This document shows positions 44,060 through 55,921 of a stretch of DNA of 64,000 bases, in pieces. The number at the start of each line of letters is the position of its first letter. The stretch's first letter is position 1. A model generated the notes under the pieces. The model was not told the origin of the DNA. It was given only the letters and a program-made list of their open reading frames with translations, and ran no database searches. Both the position numbers and the translations under genes were made by a program. Source of the stretch: Nitrospirota bacterium (GTDB taxonomy: Bacteria > Nitrospirota > UBA9217). The stretch spans positions 608,001 through 672,000 of the forward strand of contig CAWJQQ010000001.1 of NCBI GenBank assembly GCA_963845065.1, read 5' to 3'.

Positions 44060-44520
44060 CTACTGGGCTTTCTGCTGGATATCCTTGACGGTGGCGTTAT
44101 TCAGCAGTTTTATGAACTTTGGGTTGGAGGTAAGCGCGGGTATATCTCCTTCGTTGACAGCCTTCATGACTTCGGGATCTTCTAAGGCCTTTTTAAAATC
44201 CGGATCGTTCTGGAGCGACGGGATCAAGCCCATGATTTCCATGTCGCCCATCATCTTTTGCTGAATCGTCTTTATCTCTATTGTTGAAGCGGTGTTTGTG
44301 TCTGAAAACTTCACACGGATCGAGCGAATCTTCGATTCTTCCAATTTGATGGTTCCAAGACTATCCGATCTGACGGTATAAACACCGTTAGTCAAGGACA
44401 ACACCTCGCCAGTGAACGTGCTGCCGTGGTCAGTACGATCTGTCGAAGCTCTCCGGCGGAAGCGTTAAGGGTGAAAAGAAACAGCAGCAAAATGCCTGAA
44501 AACATCACGCGCACCGTCAT
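44060..44520 (-). pseudogene. Secreted hypothetical protein, frameshift near the 5' end
   Basis: Signal peptide from ATG at 44520 is out of frame with ORF 44060-44404. Confidence 0.55.
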
Positions 44521-44723
44521 CTCCTAAAATAAAAAAGTGTGTCTATTAATGAAAATTTATCTTGATTTATTGCACCTGTCAAGGCTTAATGTTGGTCATG
44601 CAGGGCGGTGACAAGATCGCGACGGCTAGTTCCGCGTGCACTATGCCCTCAAAGTCGGTTGTCAAATCTAGCCTGGCGAGCGAAATAAGAAATTATAAAA
44701 AAAATTGATCTGGCTTATAAGCG

Positions 44724-45368
44724 CTATTCTTTTTTCTCTGGAACTTCTTCCGGAAGATCAGTCGAGGGAGCATCTCCGACATGTTCCATAAGTTTATTTA
44801 TGGCTTTTATCGCCTTGGCAGTGTCCTTCCCTCTTTCCTCAGACTGATGCTTTACCTCGTCAACAGTCCCGCCGACTTTTCGAATCATACGAACGGTGTC
44901 CCCAGCATGAGCGATGAGAATATAGAGTGCTACTGCCCACAAGAGACTTATGCGAACCACTGCAACCACTTTATTGTGATTAGTGTCAATTATCCCGAGA
45001 ATAATAAAGGCAAAGCTAGCGCTAACAACAATAATTGCCGTTAGAAGCAGGCGATTATTGAAAAAACTTTTTTTATCGCGAGTATCGGTTGCCTTATCAT
45101 GGGCTATCACCGGAACCCGCTCGTAATTTCCAGTCGGATGTCCTGCTGCCTGCTGGTTTTGAATTGATTGGTGGTTCTCTTGATCTATATCGTCACTCAC
45201 GACTTTAGCGCCAGCGCGGTACTGTTCAGGGATGGATTGGAGATCGTTTGTAATAGTGACCAAACCGTTCTTGTCTAAATACTGATAGATAGCTGCATAA
45301 CAATCTTGTGCGGATAAAAAAATAAAAACGTAATAAAGACTAAATAAAACCAAGGATTTTGTTCTCAT
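44724..45368 (-). CDS. DUF4124-domain membrane protein
   Basis: AAIYQYLDKNG.VTITND..SIPEQYR followed by TM helices. Confidence 0.8.
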   Translation of the reverse strand: MRTKSLVLFSLYYVFIFLSAQDCYAAIYQYLDKNGLVTITNDLQSIPEQYRAGAKVVSDDIDQENHQSIQNQQAAGHPTGNYERVPVIAHDKATDTRDKKSFFNNRLLLTAIIVVSASFAFIILGIIDTNHNKVVAVVRISLLWAVALYILIAHAGDTVRMIRKVGGTVDEVKHQSEERGKDTAKAIKAINKLMEHVGDAPSTDLPEEVPEKKE

Positions 45369-45750
45369 TGAGAACCTCCGAGTTATTTCGTATTATCAAA
45401 ATTCTACGTTTGTATCTTCTGATTGTTGTTGTTTTTTTAAAGTATTTATAAAAAAAATCCAATGATAAAAACGTCAGGATTATGTCGGTGAATATTCTAC
45501 AAACCACGTTTTCCTTCCTGCCCAGCATATGATAATCAATAAGATTCATATCAAAAATGTGTTCTCTTGGCACGTCAATAAATTCAAAATGTAACATGGT
45601 CTTTCAAAAAATGCAACTTTACTAGCCTGCTAATATTATTTATATTATTATTGTAGAAGAGTAGCAAAAGTTAAATTAGGAGGCTATAATCTTTCTTGAT
45701 TTAAATCCAGCTGGCGAGTTGGTAAGTAAAAAAGTGAAAGGAGCATAGCC

Positions 45751-47000
45751 TTGAACATTATTAAAACAAAAAAACAACGGATAGTCAATGGAAAAATTCT
45801 TGTTGTAACGGTTGATATGGGCAAAGACAAGCATTTTGGATACTGGCGCTGTCCGGACGGAACTGATGTGAAGCCTTTCGCCTTCTCGAACAACAGGACA
45901 GGCTTCTCTCAGTTCTTTGAATGTATAACCATGGCCAAGGAAATTCATCATCTCGAGGAAATTGTTTTTGGATATGGCTCCATCGGCTCATATGCGGAGG
46001 CCTTGGTGCATTTCATTAGAGCGCAGGGTGTGCGACTGGTGCAGGTGAATCCCATGCACACCAAGAGGATTAAAGACCTTCAGGGCAATCTCCAAACAGA
46101 ACCGACGCGAAAGACTCGAAGGTCATTGCCGACATCATAGCTCTTGACCATGCTGAACGCTTTAATCCCAGAAGGTTCTGCAGCCGAGCTTCGAAGACTC
46201 ACCAATCTAGGGAGGGGAACAACCATCGCCATACGGCACTAGTGAACCAACTGCAGGGGCTGGTTGTCATCATTTCCCCGGAGTTTATACAAGTTATACG
46301 GGATGTGAAAATACTCACTGCTCGGTATATCCTTAGGGAGTGCCCAATCCCCCCAAAATATTGTCGCATACGGCTCGATAATCTGGTGCGGACGATCAGA
46401 AGAGTGAGCCGTGGAAAGCTGAAGGAAAACCGCGCAAAGTGGCTCTACGAGGCGGCGAAAGCGTCTAACCGAAGTCCAAACGAGCATTGTCCGCGAGATA
46501 CGAGAGATTATTTCCCTTATGGAAACTGTTGAGGGTTTTACTGAGGGCTTGGAAAAGGAAATGATCCATTTCCTGAAGCAAATCCCCTATAGTCGTACGA
46601 TTCTTTCGCTCAAAGGGATCAAAGAGATCACGGCTGCTGGCCTTATCGGCGAGATAAGTGATTTTCAAAAGTTTAATATGCTCTCAGAAGTCATGAAGCT
46701 TGCCGGTCTGGATCTCTTCGAGATCAGTTCCGGAAAGCACCAGGGAGGCGACACATATCCAAGAAAGGTCGTCCGCTTATGCATAAGCTCTTGTACTTTG
46801 CCACATTTAACACGGTTTGTAAGGGTGGCATGATGCATGATCGATATCAGCAATACCTTGATCGGGGAATGCCCAAGATAAAAGCATTAATTGCCGTTGC
46901 TCGGGAACTTCTCGGCATCATATTTGCCATCGTACGTGACCAAAGTGTATATAGCGAAGACTTTTCAAGAACATCGTTGCAACTCGAGGAGGCTGCATAA
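45751..47000 (+). pseudogene. IS110-family transposase, multiply frameshifted
   Basis: VTVDMGKDKH, QVNPMHTK, GIKEITAAGLIGEI, AGLDLFEISSGK, ALIAVARELL. Confidence 0.88.
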
Positions 47001-47182
47001 ACCCTATAGTCTTGTGTGTAAGCGGGGAGATTACCTATCCTGAATCTAAGGTGGTTTAGCCGACCTTCACAACAGTCTAATAACTCCCCCACTCACAGGG
47101 TAAAGCTAGAAATGGAAATAGCGGTTTGAACTTAATTGGAAAGTTTCCCGGAATCACCGTCAGGAATGAGTCGGAGGTAAGT

Positions 47183-47662
47183 ATGGAAAAAGCAAATGAT
47201 GCGATCGGACGTAATGATCTTTTTGAATTAAGTCGTTTCATAAGTGCACAAAACGAAGTCTATTATCGTGTTCTTGAAGAGTTAAAAAATGGTGCAAAAC
47301 GAACGCATTGGATGTGGTACATATTCCCTCAGATTGATGGCTTAGGACACAGTCCAACTGCAGGATACTACGCCATAAAAAGCCTGGAAGAAGCTCGAGA
47401 ATACCTAAATCACCCTGTTCTTGGTTCAAGGTTGGTGGAATGTGCAGAAGTAGCTTTGGCCATTGAGGGACGATTAGCTTCAGAAATTTTTGGCTACCCA
47501 GACGAACTGAAGCTTAAGTCATCAATGACGTTGTTTGCGAGTGTTGCAGATTCAGGTTCAATATTTGCTCGTGTTCTTGACAAGTACTTTCATGGAGAGC
47601 GAGATGTTCGGACACTTCAGCTTTTAGATAAACTCGAAGGAAAACGGAAAAATAAAACTTAA
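47183..47662 (+). CDS. DUF1810 family protein
   Basis: LSRFISAQ..KRTHWMWYIFPQ..YLNHPVLGSRL..KLKSSMTLF. Confidence 0.9.
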   Translation: MEKANDAIGRNDLFELSRFISAQNEVYYRVLEELKNGAKRTHWMWYIFPQIDGLGHSPTAGYYAIKSLEEAREYLNHPVLGSRLVECAEVALAIEGRLASEIFGYPDELKLKSSMTLFASVADSGSIFARVLDKYFHGERDVRTLQLLDKLEGKRKNKT

Positions 47663-47990
47663 AAAAGAATATCTTTTTGCATTCTGTATTTTATTGGGAT
47701 ACTTTTAAGTGCTTAGCACAGCAAGATTGTAGGTGCAGCTCGGAGAGCCAGGGTCACCGAGAAAGTGAAGAATTCCTTTTGAAGATTTTAGCCAATTGTA
47801 CATCCTGAGACTCTCACAACTTGCACTATATTTAAAAAGGATGCGATATGACTGCTGTAATTATTATATGTGTATGATGAGAGCCGGGTAAGTTGCAATC
47901 GCCACCGCAGCATCTATCATAGTACCGTCATGACCTTCACGTTTCAAGCCATTTCGCTGGCCCTGGACTAAGACTGCGGCTTTTTTCTTT

Positions 47991-48133
47991 TTTATAAAAC
48001 CTGTCCTTGAATACCCAGCAGTTCTACTACTGGGATGAAAAGGACAATCCTGACGAAGTCAGGATAAGAATCTGATTGGTTTTAGGTTCTATCGGTTTTG
48101 TTGCCCCGCAGCTCTGCTGCGGGGTAATTCACT
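47991..48133 (-). repeat. 143-bp three-hairpin MITE/PATE-like repeat, copy 1
   Basis: Reverse complement of 56647-56789 with 3 mismatches. Confidence 0.92.
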
Positions 48134-48280
48134 TCTGACACCATTTGATAGAATGATTCTTTGACCTGCCATTAATTATCCACCCGGGCTTGTGATATAA
48201 TTTTTAAAATTATCCATTTGCTCAGCTTATCGTGTTGTTCTCACTCCTTTGTTGCTGATGTATCGAAAAGGTAAGATGAC

Positions 48281-50278
48281 ATGCCGAGGGACATACCAAT
48301 AGGGAATGGCTCCCTATTGATTCTGTATGACAAGTCAGGGCTTGTTCGGGATCTCTGTTTTCCAAGCGTGGGCAGCGAGAACCACAGCCAGGGTCATGTT
48401 TTCAAGGTCGGCGTCTGGGTGAACGGTGCATTCTCCTGGATCGACGAGGATGAATGGGATCGGTCATTGGACTACGAAGATGACACCCTCGTGGCGAGGA
48501 TTGACCTTGTGAACAAGGCCCTCGGCCTGGAAATTATGATGAGGGATGTCGTAGACTTCCACGAAAATATCTACGTGCGGGAGATTGTAGTAAAGAATGT
48601 CTCGTCGCAGCCAATGGAACTTCGTCTCTTCTTCCATCATGATTTCCACATCTACGGATCGGATATCGGCGATATGGTCTGTTTCAAGCCGGAAGAGAAG
48701 GGGCTTCTGCATTACATGGGGAGAAGATATTTTTTCGTTAATGTCCTGACAGAACATGGTGTCGGTGTCTCCCAGTTCGCCACCGGCGTAAAGGAGTCCA
48801 AGGGGCTGAGCGGAACATGGGTTGATGCCGAAGACGGCGTTCTTTCTGGCAATGCCGTTTCACAGGGTTCCGTGGACTCGGTCTGTGCCGTGCACATGGC
48901 GATCCCCCCCGACCAAACATCGCAAGCCTACTACTGGATGGCGGCCTGCGTTGACTGGAAAGGGGTGAAGCGGCTGAACGATCTCGTCGTCCGGAAAACG
49001 CCGGGATACTACATCTCAAGGACTGCCGATTATTGGAGACTATGGCTCAACCGGGAACGCATGAAATTCGGCGATCTTCCTGATGTCATTATCCGCCTTT
49101 ATACCAGGAGTCTCCTCATACTGAGAACACATATAAGTAGCAACGGCGCGGTCGTAGCTGCGAATGATTCCGACATCCTTCAGTTCGCCAGGGATACCTA
49201 TGCGTATATGTGGCCGAGGGACGGTGCACTTGCGGCACATGCCCTCGACGTCGCGGGCTTTCCGATACCCGCGCAGAAGTTCTTTGAATTCTGCGGTGAG
49301 ATCATCGGCAGGAATGGTTATTTCATGCACAAATATAACCCCGATGGTTCCCTCGCAAGTTCCTGGCATCCCTGGGTCCTGGAAGGAAAACCTCATCTTC
49401 CCATCCAGGAAGATGAGACAGGGCTCGTGCTCTGGGCGCTCTGGGAACATTTCAGACTGTTCAAGGATGTTGAGTTCATCAAGCCCCTGTACCGGAAGGT
49501 CATAAAGGCTGCCGCCGACTTTCTGTGCGATTTCGTTGACATTAGAACGGGGCTTCCTCTGCCCTCGTATGATCTCTGGGAAGAACGCCTTGGCGTTCAC
49601 ACCTTTACCACCTGTGCTGTCATTGCAGGGCTTAAAGCAGCATGTAATTTTACATCTGCCTTCGGTGAGGCAGAATTCTTGGAAAAATACCGAACAGCGG
49701 CTGACAGAATCAAGGGTGCCCTAGAGGATCATCTCTTTGACCATGATTCCGGGAGGTTCATGAATGGAGTTTCCGATCGTGCTGGCTCTCAGCAAAAGGA
49801 TTTTAGGCTTGATGCGAGTCTCTGCGGACTCTTCGCGTTCGGTGTTTTCCCAGCATCGGATGAGAAGGTTGTCAATACTATCGAGGCGCTGAAAGAAAAG
49901 CTATGGTGCCGGACGGAACTCGGCGGTCTGGCGAGGTACGAATTAGACCACTATCAGAGCGTGGTCGTGCCCAGCCCAGACATCCCCGGGAACCCCTGGA
50001 TCATCAGTACACTATGGTACGCACAATACTTGATTGAAAAGGCAATAAATAGTGCCGAGTTGCGGGATTCAATCGCCGTTTTGAACTGGGTTTGTGAGAG
50101 GGCGCTGAGGTCAGGGGTCCTCGCAGAGCAGGTTAATCCCTTTACCGGAGATGTGGTATCGGTTTCCCCCCTTATGTGGAGCCACGCTACGTTCATCATC
50201 GTGGTACAGCGGTATCTAAGTAAACACCGGGAAGTGGAGCGGTGCCCTACCTGCGGACAGCCGCTCTTACCAATGTGA
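48281..50278 (+). CDS. Glycoside hydrolase family 15 (glucoamylase/trehalase-like)
   Basis: YAYMWPRDG, SYDLWEE, LAEQ..SPLMWSHA. Confidence 0.93.
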   Translation: MPRDIPIGNGSLLILYDKSGLVRDLCFPSVGSENHSQGHVFKVGVWVNGAFSWIDEDEWDRSLDYEDDTLVARIDLVNKALGLEIMMRDVVDFHENIYVREIVVKNVSSQPMELRLFFHHDFHIYGSDIGDMVCFKPEEKGLLHYMGRRYFFVNVLTEHGVGVSQFATGVKESKGLSGTWVDAEDGVLSGNAVSQGSVDSVCAVHMAIPPDQTSQAYYWMAACVDWKGVKRLNDLVVRKTPGYYISRTADYWRLWLNRERMKFGDLPDVIIRLYTRSLLILRTHISSNGAVVAANDSDILQFARDTYAYMWPRDGALAAHALDVAGFPIPAQKFFEFCGEIIGRNGYFMHKYNPDGSLASSWHPWVLEGKPHLPIQEDETGLVLWALWEHFRLFKDVEFIKPLYRKVIKAAADFLCDFVDIRTGLPLPSYDLWEERLGVHTFTTCAVIAGLKAACNFTSAFGEAEFLEKYRTAADRIKGALEDHLFDHDSGRFMNGVSDRAGSQQKDFRLDASLCGLFAFGVFPASDEKVVNTIEALKEKLWCRTELGGLARYELDHYQSVVVPSPDIPGNPWIISTLWYAQYLIEKAINSAELRDSIAVLNWVCERALRSGVLAEQVNPFTGDVVSVSPLMWSHATFIIVVQRYLSKHREVERCPTCGQPLLPM

Positions 50279-50559
50279 CATCGTCCCAAGGTTTCTGCCG
50301 AGGCACTGGATGGTCGAGTCCCGGACTGACCACAGGCCGTCGACAATTAGCACAGGATCGAGGCAGTCGTTAGGGCGCGGATGGACGTGTGCGTCTTCGG
50401 TAGAATTCGTGCTGTTCTGATACATTTTCCCGGCTGACCATTTATCCTGCTGAAACAATAACAGTTGTAGTCAGAACGTGGTTCATCGCAACCCTATTCA
50501 TCGAGAGAGAGAGGAGCAGAGCATGAAAACACCGGGTACGGGGAGTACTCATCGGGTCA

Positions 50560-52245
50560 TTGGTTGGGGCAACGCTGACCGTAGCACTGATTGCCCTCTT
50601 TTACGCAGGGTGGCGGTTGGCAGACCTGCCTTTCGTTCCCTTTGATGTGTTCGACTGGATGACCCGCGTACTGCCGGGAGCCGTTATTGAATTTGTAATC
50701 AGTACCATGGTAACTGCCATCCGCGGGCTGCAACTGGGTCCCACATCTGTAGTCGCCAAGATCATTGAGCAGACAATAGGGATTGTCAATCTGTTTTTTA
50801 CTGGCGTCGTTGCTGGCAGCGTTCTCTTTGGCGTATTGCGTACGCTTCGTGGCAGATACGCCTACGTGTCGGGTTTATTCCTGGGAGTTCTCGCGGCCAT
50901 TCCTGCCGTACTCATTAGTTCTTTTCTAGGCAAGACTGCCGTAGCCCCTCCGATAGTCAGCGCGCTCTGGATACTGATCGTATTTGTCTTCTGGGGCATT
51001 GCAATCGCCTGGGCTTATCTGCGGTTGACCAGCTTCGCTACAACTGAACCGGGTACGGATCTCGAGCCTTTTGCACATCGGGTCAGCCGGCGCAAATTTC
51101 TGATCCGTCTTGCAGGGTATACGGCCACAATCACGGTGTCCGGGGCAATGGTGGGTTTTCTGTCTGAGCGCCACAGTCGGATGAAATTGGAGAGCTTGAT
51201 GCCCTGGTCCGCAACACACGTGCTGCCGAACGCCGGCGCCGCTGTCAAGCCTGCGCCAGGCACTCGGCCCGAATATACATCTTTGGAACGGCACTACCGC
51301 ATAGACATTAACACGACCCCACCCCAGATCGACGGAATGATGTGGCGGCTCAAGATCGGAGGACTCGTTGAAAAGCCTCTGTCCTTCACGCTTGACGATC
51401 TCCATCGCTATGAACCCATGCACCAGTTCGTTACTCTGTCTTGCATCTCCAACCCGGTGGGCGGAGATCTTATAGGAACGACCCGCTGGACCGGAGTCAG
51501 CCTGAAGAGCTTTCTACTCGACCTTGGCCTGAAGCCCAATGCTACGCATCTCAAAATCAGTTCGGCAGATGGATTCTGGGAAACCCTAGCCCTGGAGACG
51601 ATCATGGCCGACGAGCGGGTAATGCTGGCCTATGCCTGGAACGGGTTGCCGTTGCGTGACGATCCCGGCTTTCCGCTGCGGGTCTACATTCCGGACGTAC
51701 ACGGTATGAAGCAGCCCAAATGGATCGAGTCCATCGAGGCAATGGACCATTGGGAACCAGGCTACTGGGTGGTCCGCGGCTGGGACAAGGTCGCAAAGAT
51801 GAAGGCAACGTCCGTGATCGACACCATAGCCGTCGATATGACCATTATCAGCGCAGATCAGCGGAAACTGGTGCCCATCGGCGGCATCGCCCATGCAGGT
51901 GCCCGCGGAATCTCAAAGGTCGAAGTAAGGGTTGATGACGGCCCCTGGCAGGCGGCTGAGATCAGAACTCCTCTGTCACAAACGACGTGGGTGATCTGGC
52001 GATATGACTGGCCATTCCAGCAGGGCAAACACACTTTCACTGTGCGCTGTTATGACGGGAGCAACACCCCGCAGATCGTTAAAGCGATGCCGCCTGATCC
52101 CAGTGGTGCATCCGGACTGTTCAGCAAAAGTCAGAAACTCTTAGGTCTCCAACCAGACCATAGAAAAAGCTGCTTTGCGGTGGTTGTTACACCGCAATCA
52201 GGGCTCTCGGTACCTCGTATCTTGAAAAATGACGCAGTAACATAG
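50560..52245 (+). CDS. Membrane-anchored sulfite oxidase-family molybdopterin oxidoreductase
   Basis: TM N-terminus, SRRKFL, TLSCISNPVGG, GFPLR, GMKQPKW. The RBS-preceded ATG at 50523 is out of frame, so a 5' frameshift is possible. Confidence 0.85.
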   Translation: MVGATLTVALIALFYAGWRLADLPFVPFDVFDWMTRVLPGAVIEFVISTMVTAIRGLQLGPTSVVAKIIEQTIGIVNLFFTGVVAGSVLFGVLRTLRGRYAYVSGLFLGVLAAIPAVLISSFLGKTAVAPPIVSALWILIVFVFWGIAIAWAYLRLTSFATTEPGTDLEPFAHRVSRRKFLIRLAGYTATITVSGAMVGFLSERHSRMKLESLMPWSATHVLPNAGAAVKPAPGTRPEYTSLERHYRIDINTTPPQIDGMMWRLKIGGLVEKPLSFTLDDLHRYEPMHQFVTLSCISNPVGGDLIGTTRWTGVSLKSFLLDLGLKPNATHLKISSADGFWETLALETIMADERVMLAYAWNGLPLRDDPGFPLRVYIPDVHGMKQPKWIESIEAMDHWEPGYWVVRGWDKVAKMKATSVIDTIAVDMTIISADQRKLVPIGGIAHAGARGISKVEVRVDDGPWQAAEIRTPLSQTTWVIWRYDWPFQQGKHTFTVRCYDGSNTPQIVKAMPPDPSGASGLFSKSQKLLGLQPDHRKSCFAVVVTPQSGLSVPRILKNDAVT

Positions 52246-52279
52246 CGTGTTGCATTCCCGAAGGAATAATAAAAAAAAA

Positions 52280-52705
52280 TTACTGACCGAGCAGCGTCGT
52301 AAACGTATCATGATGACGCTCTTCATCGGCAAGGATTTCTGCAAAGAGGTGCCGCGTGGTATCGTCGCCTTCAGAAGTTGCCTGTTTAATGATGTCTTTG
52401 TAGAGCGTAATTGCCTCTTCCTCAGCCTTCCCGTCGGCCTTGAGCATCTGCTCCGGCGTGCCGCCCACTGCGATGGGGTTGGGCTTGGTAGTGGGGTTCA
52501 CGTCAAAATAGAAGAGTCGCTCCGCGATCTTCTCTGCATGTTTCATCTCCTCCACGGAGATATCCTCGAACACATCCATGAGAGAAGATGAGTTCAATCC
52601 TTTCACCATGATATGGTGCCACATATACTGGACGATTGCTTGAAGTTCACCTGCTATTGCCTGATTCATCATCTCCGTCAGTTTCGGGCTCGCCTTCTGT
52701 ACCAT
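52280..52705 (-). CDS. Ferritin-like / bacterioferritin-related protein
   Basis: ELQAIVQY, EEMKHAE, EEEAI, DEERH ferroxidase ligands. Confidence 0.9.
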   Translation of the reverse strand: MVQKASPKLTEMMNQAIAGELQAIVQYMWHHIMVKGLNSSSLMDVFEDISVEEMKHAEKIAERLFYFDVNPTTKPNPIAVGGTPEQMLKADGKAEEEAITLYKDIIKQATSEGDDTTRHLFAEILADEERHHDTFTTLLGQ

Positions 52706-52889
52706 AATGCTCCTCCTTGTATGCTATTGCGTATTGAATTTACTGGTAGTTAACAAGACCCAAAAAGAAATGTTGCACTCCTATCGCTATCGCGACACGC
52801 ATCTTTGATAACTTACCACTCGGTGCCGGTAGTATGAATATTTTTCCGCACCGCGTAGCAGCTTATTATCTTTTCTCCGAAGCTATGCC

Positions 52890-53330
52890 TTACGCCGCTG
52901 CCTTAGCCCGTTCTTCAGAGGACATTTTTGCAAGGCGTGCCACTTCCTTCTCGTCAAGCTTAAGTCCTTTGGCAACACGACGGCCATAATCCAGATCTGC
53001 CTTGTAGAAAAGAGCTGTTTGACGCAGTTGGATACGCTTTTGTGCGCCGCCCAAATGGCCAAAAATATTATTAATCAGGTGATCCATGTCCGTATCTGTC
53101 ATTGCCTCGCGGTACAAATCACCGGCCTGTACAAAGTCATTGTTGGGGTGGGTATACTTCTGACGTGCGGCTTTTCCGGCGGCTTCGAAGGGTGGCTCAC
53201 TTACGGTTGGCTCTGGTTCTGGACCGCCAAAGCTGTTGGGGTAGTAATTGGGACTACCGCTACCGTTGTTGTCAAAACGCATGGCACCATCACGTTGATA
53301 ATTGTTCATGATCGCGACCTTGGGCGCATT
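52890..53330 (-). pseudogene. katA: Monofunctional catalase C-terminal fragment
   Basis: NAPK..NNYQRDGAMRFD..PNYYPNSFGGP..DFVQAGDLYR. Confidence 0.88.
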
Positions 53331-53477
53331 ATTATATCCATGGCGCTTGCATGAGACGTATCTTTTGTTAAATAATCAATAACCTCAAGTCTCTGTGGGG
53401 TCAACTTGTAACCTTTCTCCTTGAGATTTTTTATCAGTCGAATTTTAATTTCTTTCGATCTTTCAAGATATCTCATA
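53331..53477 (-). pseudogene. Fur/PerR-family regulator N-terminal fragment
   Basis: LKEKGYKLTPQRLEVI..L..SHASAMDI, then joins catalase sequence. Confidence 0.8.
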
Positions 53478-53679
53478 TCGGAATGATTCCTAATTAGTTT
53501 AGAACTGCACATTCTATTTGTCAAGTAGCCTTTAGCTTTACTCTAGGCGTCAGCATTTTGCATAGCAATGCGAGAAATGCATTTTATCGTTATGTTCAGC
53601 AATAAACTGAAATGAGTGGGAAGGAGAAGACAACACGAAGTGTAATTTCAATAACTTCACGATTAATATTTGCGATCTT

Positions 53680-54262
53680 CGTATCTCCAACACTTGTAGC
53701 AACCTTAAAATATTTCGACGTACAGATATTTGTTCATCGTAAATGGTCCAGCAAATTAATTAAATGGCTTGAGGAGAACCGCAAGGAAAAGGTTACTGAC
53801 AATGTCGCCTTTAAGGTGCATCTCCAGGAATTATTTCATATTAGTGGGATCACAGTTGAATTGAACCGAGGCAGTAGCGCTCTTGCTCAAACCGATGAAT
53901 ATGGGATAAATACGCAATTATTAAAAGATCGTATCGGGGATCAGCACACTCACAGCCATAACGTTTCTCACGGAGCTTTGTAATATAAATCGGTTTGGGT
54001 CACTCGACATTATTGCGAGCTATATCGGACTCATTCCCAACACGGACTCCAACGGAGAGAAGGACACTACGACAGGCATTGCCGATAGACGCGATTAAAT
54101 ACTTCGACATTTGATTATTGAAAGCTCGTAAATTGCAGTAAGGAAAGATCCGGTGTTGCAGATGGACTTCAAACGCTTCTCTAAAAACATGCAAAAAATA
54201 TAAACAATCATTCCGATCGCCAGAAAACATTGAACCACATCAGATACGTCCTGAAGAATCAG
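53680..54262 (+). pseudogene. IS110-family transposase 3' remnant
   Basis: GISTLTAITFLTEL..RF..ASYIGLIP..SNGE..LRHLIIESS..IARK with stops. Confidence 0.75.
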
Positions 54263-55350
54263 AAGGAGGATGTGCGGATGACTTCAATGGCAGGATTATT
54301 AATAGTCTCAAAATAGTCTGAACACCAAGCAGCGTACTTTGTTGTGTCGCCATTAAAATAGGCTTGCACACGATCCGGCGATTTCTGGATAAACCGAAGA
54401 TGACTCACGACAGCACGATGTAATTGCTCCGGGCTTGTAATAGCGTAACGCCCAATAGCATTGTTCTTCAAGTCATTCCAAACCCGTTCGTCGGGATTAA
54501 GCTCCGGCGAGTACGCTGGAAGATAGAAGATCCGAAAATGGTCTTTAATCGTTTCGGTAAATTTGGTAACCTTACGTGCCTTGTGAGGCGGATGTCCATC
54601 AACTATCAGGAAAATCTTACGGTCAGAGCCATGAACCAACCGCTTGATAAACGCGACAAAAAGAGCTGCGCCCACACGGCCTCTGACTACCATGAATCTG
54701 AATTCACCTTGGGCGCTCACAGCAGAAATCATGTTCAATCCGAAACGGGCGCCGGTGCTGCTCACGACAGGCGTCTTTCCTTGAACTGCCCAGGTGGTAC
54801 CCGAATGATGGTCAGATCGTACACCAGCCTCGTCACCAAAGAATATCTGCGCCTTTTCTCTGCGGGCCAGGCTTCGGATCTTTGGGTACTCTTTATTCAA
54901 CCAGCGCTGAACTTCCTCCGGCTTTTGCTGATAGGCACGCCAAATAGGACGCTGCGGAGTAAGTCCCAATCGTGCCAGCAAACGGCAAACAGACATTTTG
55001 CTCAATTTAACGCCAAATCGATCGGAGATCACCTTTCTAACCATTTTCGCGGTCCACAGAGCATAGGTGGATTTCATTTGAAGAGGATTCTTCATTGTCA
55101 CGGTGCGGAAAATCCACTGCATGGCAGGACCATCAAGTTTAGGTGGCCTTCCGCCCCGTTTCCGAGCATCAAGAGAACCCCAGCCGCCGTCGCGGTATTT
55201 TGCCAGCCAACCATACATGGTCGCGCGGGCTATCCCCATTGTTTGGGCGACAATCTCAGGGCTATGTCCTTCTTGTACGCTAGCTACAGCCCGTCGTCTT
55301 ACCGCCGTCAGAGTCTTATGGTCAAGTTTTCGCGCATCTGTTTTTCTCAT
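54259..55350 (-). CDS. IS630 transposase (ORF runs through the terminal IR)
   Basis: FGDEAG, IVDGHPPH, LPAYSPELNPDERVW. Confidence 0.88.
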   Translation of the reverse strand: MRKTDARKLDHKTLTAVRRRAVASVQEGHSPEIVAQTMGIARATMYGWLAKYRDGGWGSLDARKRGGRPPKLDGPAMQWIFRTVTMKNPLQMKSTYALWTAKMVRKVISDRFGVKLSKMSVCRLLARLGLTPQRPIWRAYQQKPEEVQRWLNKEYPKIRSLARREKAQIFFGDEAGVRSDHHSGTTWAVQGKTPVVSSTGARFGLNMISAVSAQGEFRFMVVRGRVGAALFVAFIKRLVHGSDRKIFLIVDGHPPHKARKVTKFTETIKDHFRIFYLPAYSPELNPDERVWNDLKNNAIGRYAITSPEQLHRAVVSHLRFIQKSPDRVQAYFNGDTTKYAAWCSDYFETINNPAIEVIRTSSF

Positions 55351-55402
55351 GCGCTAAATATAGCATAATCGTATGAATATGTCCACTTTATTATGAGACT
55401 GT
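54302..55402 (-). mobile_element. IS630-family insertion sequence
   Basis: TA-flanked IRs ATAGTCTCAAAATA / ACAGTCTCATAATA. Confidence 0.88.
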
Positions 55403-55726
55403 TAGTAAGATTGTAACAAGTGAATGTTTTATCATCTGCTATATCTCTCGGCTATGAATGTATTTCGAATTTTGTCGAAAGTGAGGCGCGTGGGGGAAAG
55501 AAATTAAAACCAACTTGTTTCATTTTTATGAACTCAAAGTTGATCATTTTATGCTAACATTGTCGGTATAAAGGTAAAATTGGTCGCAGCTATAAATAAC
55601 AATAACATATTTTAACCAGTTGTACCGTATACGTCACGTCAGCGCTGAATGCCTGGATTTGTGATGAAAACAGATATGCTTTGTCGAGATAATACGTGTA
55701 CCTGATTGTCGGAGAAGGAGAAAATC

Positions 55727-55921
55727 ATGAACTGCTGGGAGTTCAAGAAATGTAGTTATAAAATTGCTTGTCCAGCATTTCCTTCGAATGGAAGAAAGTG
55801 CGCCATCGTATTAGGGACATTACATAATGGTGAAAAGATGGATAGCTATAATGAAAAACTTCAATTTTGCCTAATATGCGATTATTTTAGAAGTGGCTAT
55901 CACGTGAAAACTATTGATTAA
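55727..55921 (+). CDS. Two-CW-domain-like small Cys-rich protein
   Basis: NCWEFKKC..CPA..GRKC..GT..CLICDYF; AGGAG RBS. Confidence 0.7.
   Translation: MNCWEFKKCSYKIACPAFPSNGRKCAIVLGTLHNGEKMDSYNEKLQFCLICDYFRSGYHVKTID

Noticed and set aside
47000..47160. Bridge/seek RNA of the IS110 remnant
   Set aside because: Plausible by position only; element ends and RNA structure could not be defined from this decayed single copy.
54424..55368. 314-aa plus-strand ORF
   Set aside because: Antisense shadow of the IS630 transposase.
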